This document shows positions 26,364 through 38,000 of a DNA stretch of 64,000 nucleotides, in pieces. Source of the stretch: Azolla caroliniana (Eukaryota; Plantae; Polypodiophyta); the NCBI GenBank assembly GCA_043228905.1, contig JBHGNT010000018.1, positions 16,306,001 through 16,370,000 on the forward strand, written 5' to 3'. The notes under the pieces were generated by a model. It saw only the letters and a program-made list of their open reading frames with translations, was not told the DNA's origin and did not search any database. Both the position numbers and the translations under genes were made by a program. The stretch's first letter is position 1, and each line of letters opens with the position of its first letter.

Positions 26364-27529
26364 AACCCCCGAACAAAGACAGTCTGAGTAAGCCGAGATG
26401 TGGAGTTTGACGACTTGGCATCCTAACACTCTCTAGCAACTCCGCCTCGATTCCGGAAGATGGGTCCAATGAGCCGGAAACGATTTGGGCAGAAGATCAA
26501 GAAGGATTCGGTACTCGAGATGAGAGTCCAATCTCATTTCGGCTAACTGGGCCGAATGAGCAATTAAGTGGGAACAACCAGTTAGATGAAGAGCCGGCGA
26601 GTAGTGCAAACTCGACCGTGCTCTCCCCGTGCAAGGAACTGGGGAGATGGTTCACGCGCACAGAGAAGGGGAAGAAGAAAATGCTAGAATATGACACTGG
26701 CTGAGACGAGTCGGATCGGAGCAAATCCGACTCCAGAAGGAACGAAGTTTGAGTCGGCCAAGAGGGCCTTGAAATCAGCTAACAAGAAGTTATGTTGATC
26801 CACCTGCCAGAAGAACCCCGTAAAGAGGTACGGATATAATGAGTACATGGCGCATCACTATGCGTACATGACGAAAGTGGCGGAAGTGTGTGAGTCGAAG
26901 TGCTACGTAGAAGTGGCAAAAGACACACATTGGCGTGCCGCTATGGAGGAAGAAATGTGGGCACTCGATTCCAACGACACATGGGACCTTGTTGATCCTC
27001 CCCGATAGTGCAAACTGATCGGTTGCAAGTGGGTATTCAAGGTGAAGTACAATGTCGATGGTTCGGTCAACCGGTACAAGGCCTGATTAGTGGCCAAAGG
27101 ATACGCGTAGACCCACGGAATCGACTACGACGAGACCTTCGCTCCAATAGCGAAGATGACGATGGTTCGTTCGGTTATGGCGGTTGTTGCCAGATTCCGT
27201 CTCAGTGTTTGTACATCTATCAAGAACATCCATTTCAAAGATGGAAACTAGTTTCCTCACGTCTTGGGAGATAATTGCATCAACTGATTAAGTAGCAAAC
27301 CCTTCTAGGCTTTTGTCCCTGGCAACAATCCTCAGGGGAGACTAATCTCAGCTAGAGAACACGTGTGGGATGTATTCGTTTCTAATAGCCCAAAGTCTTT
27401 AAAGTTTTGACCATTTTATGTAACCATTAGGATTCTCCGAAAACATTGGAGTACAAGAAGGAAACACTAGTGTGAAAGCATTATTTGGGAACCACACCCT
27501 ATTCTTCCTGGATGGATGATTTGCCCTCG

Positions 27530-27708
27530 GAAATAAGGAAACCACATAGCAGAAATAAACAAAACCACTTGGTGGTATTTTGATGAAGCCCCCCAGGGGC
27601 GTTCCCAAAAATAAGGAAACCACTTAGTAGAAATAAACAAAACCACTTAGGGGTATTTGATGAATCCAAACAAATAAATAAATTACACTCAGGGGTATTT
27701 AATGAAAT
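27530..27708. repeat. Three degenerate direct repeats upstream of the PPR gene
   Basis: AAATAAGGAAACCAC...AGAAATAAACAAAACCACTT...GGTATTTGATGAA at about 27530 and 27608, partial at about 27672. Confidence 0.7.
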
Positions 27709-27797
27709 ACAGGAAATTGCTTTTGATTATTTTTCTTCGTTTCAACTTTAGCTCAGTTGTAACAGGACTCCATGGCCAGGCTATGTAATACGTCCCC

Positions 27798-30700
27798 ATG
27801 GCGAAACAAAGGATCCCACATGATAGAATGGATCAATCATTCAAGGATCTCTTCAGAGATCTCTCACTTTGGAGCGACAAGGTATCGAGGAATTATTTGC
27901 ATCGTTCGATCGAATCAACTTGTATTGTAGATAATGTTCATCGATTGAATTTTGTTTTTTTTTTCTTGTTCAAATATAGAATTCTTTCAATTCTCCAGAA
28001 TTTAGCAACAGAATCTCCCATGATCCTTTATGGGCTCATCGATGGTGTAGTCTCTCTTGGATACATGAAGAGCTAAGGAGAAGAGACATAATCAACATTG
28101 GGATTATCAACGAATTAAGTTATCGTGAAGAAGATTCTGCTTTTGTAGCTTTGCTCAAATCATATGGTGAGAATAAGGATCTTGAAAAAGGTGCCACATT
28201 GCATATTCATCTTCTCAAGCGAGGCTTACTTGATAATAAGCCTTACCTAGCATGTAGTCTAATTTGCATGTATACCAAATGTAGTATGTTTGATGAGGCA
28301 TTACAAGTGCTCGAAGAATGCCGAATTCAGAATATATACACTTGGAATGCACTAATCATAGGCTATGCTCAACAAGGGTTAGGTCAAGAAGCATTGAATT
28401 GTTTTGAAAAAATGCAAAGTCATGAGGGCCTCTCTCCAGATGTGGTTACATTCACTTGCATCTTGAAAGCCTGTGGTAAAGTTGGAGCTATAACCAAGGG
28501 CGAACAAATCCATGGTGAAATTGTGAAAAAGAGATTCCTAGAGAAGGATGTTGTGCTTGGTAATGCTTTGGTGGATATGTATGCCAAATGTGGGTTTCTC
28601 GTAAAAGCAAAAAAAGTGCTTGAAGATCTTCCTATTAGAGATATAGTCTCTTGGAATGCACTCATTGCAGGGTATGTCCAGCAAGGGCAGGGCCAAGAAG
28701 CATTGAATTGTCTCGAACATATGCAAAGTGAGGGTCTTTCTCCTGATTCGGTTACGTTTATTTGTACATTGAAAGCTTGCGGTATTGCAAGAGCTATAGA
28801 CAAAGGCAGACAAATCCATGATGAGATTGTGCGTAGGCATATGCTGGCAAAGGATGTGTTGCTTGGCACTGCTTTGATTAATATGTACAGTAAATGTGGT
28901 ATGCTTGCAAAAGCACAAGAAGTACTTAAAGAGCTTCCGGTTCGGAATGCAGCAACTTGGAATGCACTGATTGCGGGATGTGTGGAACAAGGGAAAAGTG
29001 AAGAAGCACTAAAATATTATGTAATGATGCAGAAACAGGACCTCCCACCAGATGCAATAACCTTCATTTGTATCTTGAAGGCTTGTGGTGGAATAGGAGC
29101 GTTAGCACAGGGCAAAGAAATTCATGAAAAGATTGTGACTAGAGGGCTTTTGAAGAAGGATGTTGTGCTTGGCACTGCCTTGGTGGATATGTATGCTAAA
29201 TGTGGTGAACTTGCGAAAGCGCAACAAGTACTTGAAGGGTTGCCTGTTCGAGACGTAGTCACTTGGAATGCATTACTCGTTGGATTTGCCTTGCAGGAGC
29301 GACATAATGAAACGTTGAACTGTTTCGAACAGATGCAAAGTGAAGGCTGCACTCCAAATGTTGTGACATTGGTTTGTGTCTTGAAGTCCTGTGGTTGCAC
29401 AAGAGCTATAGACAAGGGAGAAAAAATTCATGATTCTTTTTTCAGTATGGGCGTACTCGAGAAGGATACAACAGTTGGTGCTGCATTAGTGGATATGTAT
29501 GCCAAATGTGGTATGCTTGTAAAAGCACAAGAGGTGCTGATGGACCTTCCTGCACGAGATGTAGTCTCTTGGAATGCACTGGTTGCTGGATATGTCCAAC
29601 ATGGTCAATGCCACGAGGCATTGAATTGTTTCGAACAGATGAGAAAAGAAGGATTCTGCCCAGATGCAAGTACATTCATTTATGCTTTGAAGTCGTGTGG
29701 CAGCATTGGAGCTATAGACATGGGTAAACAACTTCATGATGAGATCATGGGCAAATTCTTGCTAAATGAGGATATTGCACTAGGAAATGCTTTGATAGAC
29801 ATGTATGCCAAATGTGGGATGCTCGAACAAGCACAACAATTGCTTGAAGAGCTTCCCGATTCTCAATTAGTGTCTTGGAATGCATTAATTTCAGGGTATG
29901 CACAACATGGGCATGGTCACGAAGCATGGAACTGTTTCAAGCAGATGCAAAGTGAGGGGCATTGTCCAAATGTGGTTACATTCGTTTGCATCCTAAAGGC
30001 ATGCGGTAGTGTCAATGGTATAGACAAGGGCAGACAAATTCATAACATGATTGTTGGTACAAGTTTTCTAGAGAATAATGTTGTTCTTGGAAATGCATTG
30101 GTGGATATGTATGTCAAATGTGGTGTAGCTGCAATGGCACGAGAAGTTCTTGAAATGCTCCCTGTTCGTGATGCAATTTCTTGGAACACATTAATCTCAG
30201 GCTATGTCCAACAAGGGCAGTCTCATGAAGCATTGAACTGTTTCAAACGGATGCAATATGAGGACATATCTCCAAACGTAGTTACCTTCCTTTGCATTTT
30301 GAAGGCTTGTAGCATCATAGGAGACATACATAAGGGCAAACAAATTCACTATGAGATTGTGAAGAGGAGCTTGCTGGAGAAAAATACCATTCTTGTCAAT
30401 GCTTTGGTGGATATGTACAGCAAGTGTGGTACCCTTGAAAAAGCCCAAGAGTTGTTTGAAGAGCTTCATGTCCGAGATGTGGCTTCGTGGTCTGCATTAA
30501 TTGCTGGATATGCTCAACAGGATAAATGCCAAGAAGCGTTAAACTGTTTTGAGCAAATGCAAAACGAGGGCATCTCTCCAGATGTGTTCACACTGATTTG
30601 CATCTTGAAAGTGTGTGCTGCCATAGGAGCTATAGAGAAAGGCAGAGAAATTCATGACAATGTTGTAAGTCAGCATTTGCTAGAAAAGGATATCATGCTT

Positions 30701-31975
30701 GGAACTGCATTGGTTGATATGTACACCAAATGCCAAATGCCTGAAAAGGCACAACAAGTGCTGGAAAAGCTTCCACTACGAGATGTAGTCTGTTGGAATG
30801 CCCTTATTGCAGGGTATGCCCAACAGGGGAAATGTCACGAAGCACTGAACTGTTTTCAATTAATGCAAAGTGAGGGTGTCTCTCCGGATGTCGTCACCTT
30901 TATTTGCATTTTGAAAGCTTGTGGTAACGTTGGTTCTATAGACAAGGGCATGCAAATCCATGATGAGATTGTAAGCAAGAGACTTCTGGAGAAAGATATC
31001 GTTCTAGGCAATACTTTAGTGGGAATGTATGCGAAATGTGGTATCCTTGACAAGGCATATGAAGTTCTTAGAGAGCTTCCTGTTCAAGATGTGGTATCTT
31101 GGAATGCACTAATTGGAGGATATGTACAGCAGGGATGCAGTCAAGCAGCTCTTGATTGTTTTGAAGTAATGCAAAATGGGAAACTTTCTCCAGATGTGGT
31201 CACTTTCATTTGCATCTTGAAGGCATGTGGCACGATAGGAGCAATAAACAAGGGTAAATGGATTCATGAAGAAATCCTTACTAGGGGCTTCCTAGAAAAG
31301 GAGATTCTACTCGGCAATGCTTTGATTGATATGTATGCAAGATGTGGCATGCTTGGAAAAGCAGTACAAGTGCTCGATGAGCTTCCTACTAGAGACATAG
31401 TCTCTTGGAATGCACTCATTGCCGGCTATGCTCAACAAGGGCAAGGCCAAGAAGCACTCAATTGTTTCGAACATATGCAAAGTGAAGGTCTCATTCCAGA
31501 TGAGGTCACGTGTCTATGTATTTTAAGTGCATGCAGCCATTCGGGTCTATTAAATGAGGCGCAAAATATTTTCAATAGCATGATGAAGAAATTTGGTATT
31601 TCTCCAAGCTCGGAGCATCATACTTGCATGGTAGTGGTTTTTGGATGTGCTGGTCAGTTTGAGAAGGCATTGTCGGTGGTGACAGCAATACCACCAGTTG
31701 ATCATCTTGTAGCTTGGCTTGCACTCTTGGGAGCCTGCCAAAAATGGGGAAATGTTGAGCTTGGGAAGCTGGTCTTTGACCAGGCACTGAAGTCAGATAG
31801 TAGTTGTGCTGCGGCTTATGTGCTTATGGCTAATCTTTTTTCGGTTACCGGCATGCATGAAGATGCACACAATGTGGAATCGATGAGGTTGAAATATGCT
31901 GCTTCTGAAGTGCAAGAAAATAATGTCGATATCAATGGAAGGGGAAATTTGTATTGGATAGATACATATTTTTAG
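27798..31975 (+). CDS. PLS-class pentatricopeptide repeat protein, E subgroup (organellar RNA-editing-factor type); exons 27798-27881 and 27980-31975, about 1359 aa
   Basis: Eleven W(N/S)xL P-type motifs in about 101-aa PLS triplets, then P2-L2-S2-E1-E2 (ILSACSHSG, HHTCMV, WLALLGAC, YVLMANLF); frame open back to 27980; AAG|GTATCG donor and poly-T...TAG acceptor, both phase 0 (exon 1 is less certain). Confidence 0.93.
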
Positions 31976-32095
31976 TATCCATAGAGAGGCCAATATTGAC
32001 TAATGGAAGCTAGTACAAAAGTTATCTTGATGTGTGTCTCCTTCCTAAGAAGGGATATTCATACTTTGAAGCACTAAGTCTCGATGTGTAAATAG
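31957..32095 (-). mobile_element. RTE LINE 3' end (about 140 bp) overlapping the PPR stop codon
   Basis: TCTTGATGTGTGTCTCCTTCCTAAGAAGGGATATTCATAC matches 41653-41692; GGCCAAT motif and tail align with the other copies. Confidence 0.85.
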
Positions 32096-34851
32096 GCAAG
32101 TTCTCGAAGTGACAATGTAAATACCACTATCATGCTGGCAAGCTCAATGCACCCAAGCATGTGATGAATGTACAAACTATTCTTGTGAAGGAATGTTACA
32201 AGGCCATTGAAGTATGGTGTGCGTTTAGTAGCTTGAGCTTTGAAGGATTAATGCTTGATGAAGACTTAAGAGAAACTAATAGACAATGCTTTCCATTGAT
32301 ACGTTGGAGGGGACAATGTGTTGTCATACAATGCATGTGAGATATTTCTCATTATTCCGCATTTTGTCTTCGTGCTTACGTGCTCGTGCACAATGTATTT
32401 GGCCACTTGATTAGCTAGATATTCTAACAATCCTTCATTGGTATATGGCATGATGATGATGCAACACGAATTAAATGAAGATTTGTGTTATTTAGATTCC
32501 TCAACAAAAGGATTTGCTTGCCAATTTCCTCCCCGTACAACATCCGCAAAATTGTCGCTTGTTTTGTTTGACACTACCATCTCGATTCCTCCCTTATATG
32601 ATAGAAACAAGAAGATTGTGGATATGCAAGCAAAGGCCTCAAGTTTGAAACAAAGTGTGATTTCTAATGGTTGGTCGTAAAGGTGGAAACATTTTTGTTT
32701 GAAAGAATTGAGACATTGTAAATCAAATTGGTTATGTAAAAGATTAAGAATATATGAGATTCCTTGCATAGCAATTTTTTATTATTTCATGAAGTGTCCT
32801 CCGATCTTAATCGAACTCTCGTGTGAAGATTACATGATGTGTGTAGTTCTTCTCTCTTTGATTGGTTTAAGAGTGGTAAACAATGGCTATGTTTGCAAAC
32901 AAGAGACATATGTATTACATTGTGGTTTGTACATAATGCCTTTCTTGTATTTTCATCTATTGAATTTCATCGGCATTAGCACTACATATAAGGGTGCTCC
33001 ATAAATAGAAGAGTTACTTTGAATTTCATCAAAATTCTACTAGGATTGATCAATGCCAATAATTTTGTAGCAACGGATCATTTTCTTCTCTTCATAGTAG
33101 TGATAAGCTACTCTAAATTCACTTTAAAATGATCTATGAGTTCTTGCAATGGATGTTAAAAAAACATTTGAGCATGATTGTGAAGGCACAACTTCGGGCC
33201 CATAATTTAAGCATGAAATGGGTGAAAAAAAAATCCAATCGATAATCGATAATGGAAAAGGGATTCTAAATAGTTCTTATATATTCCCTAATGACAAGTG
33301 CAACACACTCTATGAATAAATGGACAAAGTTTTGGGTATTCATATGCTCTCTAGGCCAATTCGAGACTAGAATATCTAAGCATAAGGGGAGAAAACATTC
33401 CTCAACAAAGTCCTTAATGTTATTGGATCCTCTGTAACCCAAAAATGAGTCATTCTTTTAATATGATCAACGCCTTGATTCGTAGGGAAGGTAACAAATT
33501 AGTATGAACATATGCATGATATCCATGAAATAGGGTGGCATATAACTTGTTGATATGATAGGTATAAAAATCCTTATTAAAATCAAATGTCTGTAATATG
33601 ATACTTATAATTAAATTTATGCTTATTATATTCACTAATTTTGTGTTGGGCTCATAATAGGTTGGATAAAGAGTTCAACTACATGGCTTCTATTGCTAAT
33701 AAACATGATTAAATTTGATCAACTACTTTCATTTGCATTCACTCTTTACCAAAAACCATAGGTTTATATCCATGATATGTGATTGAAGTTGAACAAGTAA
33801 AGGTGGAAAATGCTTTCTAGAGATGCCCCTATCAACCAACTTGATAGATGACTAGAGACATGAAAGGTAGAGTTTGATCTTCTCATCGACAACAACCCGA
33901 TTGATGTAATGGATGGGTAAGGCATGATGAAGTTAAGCCACAATGTCGTAATCGATAAACTAATAGCTTATTATGGCAAGACCCACATGGAACATGGATG
34001 TGGCTTGGTCCCATGATAGAAAAGGGAGCGATTGCTAAGATGCTAGTTGGAGACGATAATGATGGATGACCTTCAACAATTGTCATGCAAGACATGAACA
34101 ACATACTCAATCTAGTCAAAGTAAATGATTTGTTGCAACTCATTGTCATATATTGTTCATTGACCTCGCGAAAACATGGATGACTGATGATTAACAACAA
34201 ACTTGAGGAGCCTACAAGTGCAAGAAAAACATCGACAACATTAGTAGGGGATGAGCAGGATAGGGGGGTGGTGTGCCATATAACTTCCATCATCAGGTGT
34301 GACCTCCAATTGTGGGGGTGGCATGGACGAGATGTTATTTGAGCCCTAACTACATATCCATGTCACAATCTGATTGCAACCATCAATATATGTATACGAC
34401 ATAGACAACAAAGATCTCGTTAACAATGATCATACAAACTAGGAGGGTGGCAAGGCAAATCATATGTACGGGAGATCTCCTAACCGCGATCATACAAAGA
34501 TCTATTAATGATGATCATACAGTAACAATGATCATAAAAGATCCAAGAAGGCGGCAGGACAGGACAAGCATGTACATGGGCTCGACTCAAGAGGAAGAGG
34601 TGTGGTGTGCTTGGGTTTTCTTTGGTCTGGGAAAACATGAAGAATTATTAGGATATAGTGTGTGTGTGTATGAGAGAGAGAGAGATAGATAAATAGATAT
34701 ATAGAGAGAGGGGTATCCTTTGTAATTATGGAAAACCTAAGAGTCTAGAGGCTCTGCACCAAAAATGCTCAGAGAAAGAAACGGAGAATCCGTTTAGGTC
34801 TAGTGTTATCGCCATAGCCAGGTATCAGAGAAAGCTCCAGAGAAGAAGGTA

Positions 34852-34881
34852 AAGAGAAGAGAAGAGAAGAGAAGAGAAGAG

Positions 34882-34912
<31 letters not shown>
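34852..34912. repeat. (GAGAA)n / (TC)n tracts in the promoter or 5' UTR
   Basis: Directly visible about 150-200 bp upstream of ATG 35053. Confidence 0.85.
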
Positions 34913-35052
34913 GTGATCCATCCTTCCATCCTTCCATCCCTTCTCTCTTCCTTTCACCCCCCTTCCAACGTATCCATTCATCGATCAGATCGATCCGTAG
35001 ATCGATTCAGACAGACAAACGGACAGTCTCATACACACACGTAGGCGCCGAT

Positions 35053-38000
35053 ATGGCGGGTCGATCCATCTGGGCGAAACAAGCAGAGGAAGCGAAGCTG
35101 AAAGATGAAGAGCAGAAAGCTGCGGCCGCTCGTGCTGCGTTCGATGCCACGTTCAAAGGCACAGAATCCGTTGCAAAGAATTCCTTGGAGCTCATGAACA
35201 TAGAACAAGCATCAGGAAGAAGCCGAAGCCGAAGCCGGAGCCGAAGTAGGAACAGTAATGAAGAAGAGAAAGATGGGAGCGATGATGATGATGATGATTC
35301 GGAAGAAGATGAAGAAGAGAGATTATCTAATAAGCCAATTGGACCTGTCGATCCTTCGAAATGCACCGCTGCAGGGAGTGGTGTAGCTGGCGGTGCTGCG
35401 GGTTCCACCGCCTCTTTCATCATCATCACAAAAGACTCTGATGGGAGGAGAGTTCTCCGTGGTGGTGCACAAATTAAAGTTAAGGTTGTTCCTGGGATGA
35501 GTACGATAAGTGTTGGTGGTGTAGAACAAGAAGCAGCCGTGAAAGACCACGGAGATGGCACATATGCCGTCTCTTATGCGGTCGTTAAGAGAGGAGATTA
35601 CACTGTCTCGGTCGAATGTAATGGTCTTCCCATACTTAATAGTCCTTTCCCGGTGTTCTTTAGTGGTGGCACGGGTCTTCCTCTGCCCACCCCACCTAGT
35701 GTTGGTATTGGTAATGGTATTGGTGGTGGTATGGGGCCTTTGCTTGCCTCACCTCCTTTCATTAATGGTAGCGCTCAACCTGCCTTTCCGGGAATGATGC
35801 CAAACATGTTCGGAACAAATTTCCCTGGACTTCTGCAAGCGGGTATGCCCTTCTTTTTTATGTGTCTAACTATTTCCAAATTCCAATATTTCAAACCACT
35901 TTTTATGGGTATTTTTGAGTCAATGTCTGTAGGTAGTAAGCCTTACTTTTTTAATGTGTTTTTATTTTGTCTGTTGAATTAACTTAAAAATATAGATACC
36001 TCCAAACTTTGAGATGTTTGAGAATAAAAACCTTCATATATTTAGGTAAGACTTGATCAATCACTTGGAATTATTTATTTACAAGTATTTATGATTTATT
36101 AATAAATTTACTTGAAAGTTTCTTTCCGTTGTTTCAAACATTGGTATAATGAGCACTTATTTATACTGTTTGTCTTCAGGTTTCAATGATTTTCCGCTTT
36201 TAAACTCATTCTTTGCATTTATTTAAGAATGGCCTTTGAGTTTTGGTTGATTTTTTACCAGGTGCAAATATGCCGGGTCTTAGTCAGATGCCATTGCCAC
36301 CATCTGCAGCAGCCATGGCTGCTGCTCAAACCATTATGGTTGCTCGGGCTTACGAGGCGGCTCAAGCACGGGCAGCAGCTGCTCAAGCAACTGGTATCTT
36401 TTATGCGCTTAACCTTAGTTCAGTGTTTCATCAGTACATTTGAGGCCTTCCCTGTGAGTCTCACTTGATTATGACATAAATGTATAGGAAACTGTATATA
36501 TTCAGAAGAGGAGCTTATAGTCAATAAGCTCAGTTTGGCCGCAACCTTTTTTGTGGGTGTTTGGTGATTAGTGTCAAACTCTGTGTCCTTCAATATATCC
36601 TCACCCATGTGAAATTCTTTGCCTTTTTTTTTTGCTTTTTTTTGTTGGTCATATTGATGAAGGTGGTTTTAGAGGAGTAGAAGCTTTTATTGCACTTGAT
36701 GATGACATTTGGAGTGCTGGAGCTATCTTCATATGTACTATTTTCCTTTCCTGGGAATGTGGTGGCTTGATAGTACAGGTAATAGTGAGCCTTTTAATTT
36801 GAATTTTGGGATAAAACTGGTCCGACAACATTGTTTTGGGTTGCAGCTATATGCGAGATTCGTAGTCATACCAGTTGGTCGCATTTGAAAACCTAGATAA
36901 TAGGGGTAGACTATAGTTTGAGAATGATAAAGATGTTATGTTGTTTCCATGTGTTCTGAGATTCTCTCATGGGGTCCAATTCGACAGGGTCTTTGTGGTT
37001 GATAAATTACAAGAAAACTTGTCAAAGTTGATCTATTAGATTCTGATCAATACTCCATCACCATTTGGGAGATAGTTGTAGATATATGCGTTATTTTATA
37101 AAATTTCATCAATTTATTCTGTAAGTGAGAAGTATTACGTGATTAGTAATTTTTTTTGTCATTAATCACATGGAGAATGTAGATTGTACTGGCTAGTTCT
37201 AGAATGAAAAATGGTTGCTAATATTTTTACTGATGTTTTCTTAGTTTTGTACATACTTAGCAGACATGTTGCATTTAGTGGAAAGCTACCAAAAATATGT
37301 ATGGATATTTGTAAGGTGTATATTATTAATTTCTCTTGTATAACCTCCTTGGATTTTGAATCTCTTGAAGTTGTGTGATGTTAAATTCAAATTATGAATA
37401 TAATTAATGAACGCGCATCTTCAAGAAGAATTTTGTCTTTCAGAAGTAATCTTGCAGTTCAGATCATTGGATGCTGAAGATGAGAGTCTCACCTGTTTTT
37501 TGAGTATTTAGAAGTTGGAAACTGTAAGTTTCATAGGAAGTTGTAACTTGGCATCATATCATGTGGGTTCTTAATTGAAGCATTGCTCCCTTGTCTATGA
37601 GCTTCCACTTTTTCACTTTGTTTGCATTTACTATATGTTTTTTGTTTGCAGTTAAGTGCATGCATTTATCTGTAGTTCATTGTGCTTACATTTAAATGTT
37701 CATATTTTGCTTATAGCATTCCTGGATGGAAATTAATGCTTGTAAGTTTTCTAATCGTTTCAGGTGGGATTGGTTGTCTTAATTTGGATTTCAATAGTCA
37801 TCAACTTGTTATTTCAATAAGTTTCGATGTTCATTGTTTTGACAAATCTATAGAAAGCAAATTTAAGCATTGCCATTTACTGATATGTCTTGGAAATCTA
37901 TACCCCTAATATCATTTAGCTACTTGCTTTTGTGGCACACATGATCACGTACACCTTCAGAGGCTTTGTGAGGAACTTGTACACTAAGCTTTGGTCACTG

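Larger units (their letters stand above)
19834..27190 (+). mobile_element. Ty1/copia element C (3'-truncated, with nested insertions)
   Basis: 5' LTR 19834-20257; PBS-iMet TGGTATAAGAGC 20258-20269; gag, CWYCGKKGHHESEC knuckle, protease, integrase; resumes at 26364 (KCY|NPRTK) into the RT start. Confidence 0.9.

Noticed and set aside
28420-31993. Multiple - strand ORFs over the PPR gene
   Set aside because: Expected shadows of a repetitive coding strand
32096-34300. DYW remnant or additional gene downstream of the PPR
   Set aside because: No HxE/CxxC or DYW-like motif seen; the short ORFs are unidentifiable, probably old repeat debris
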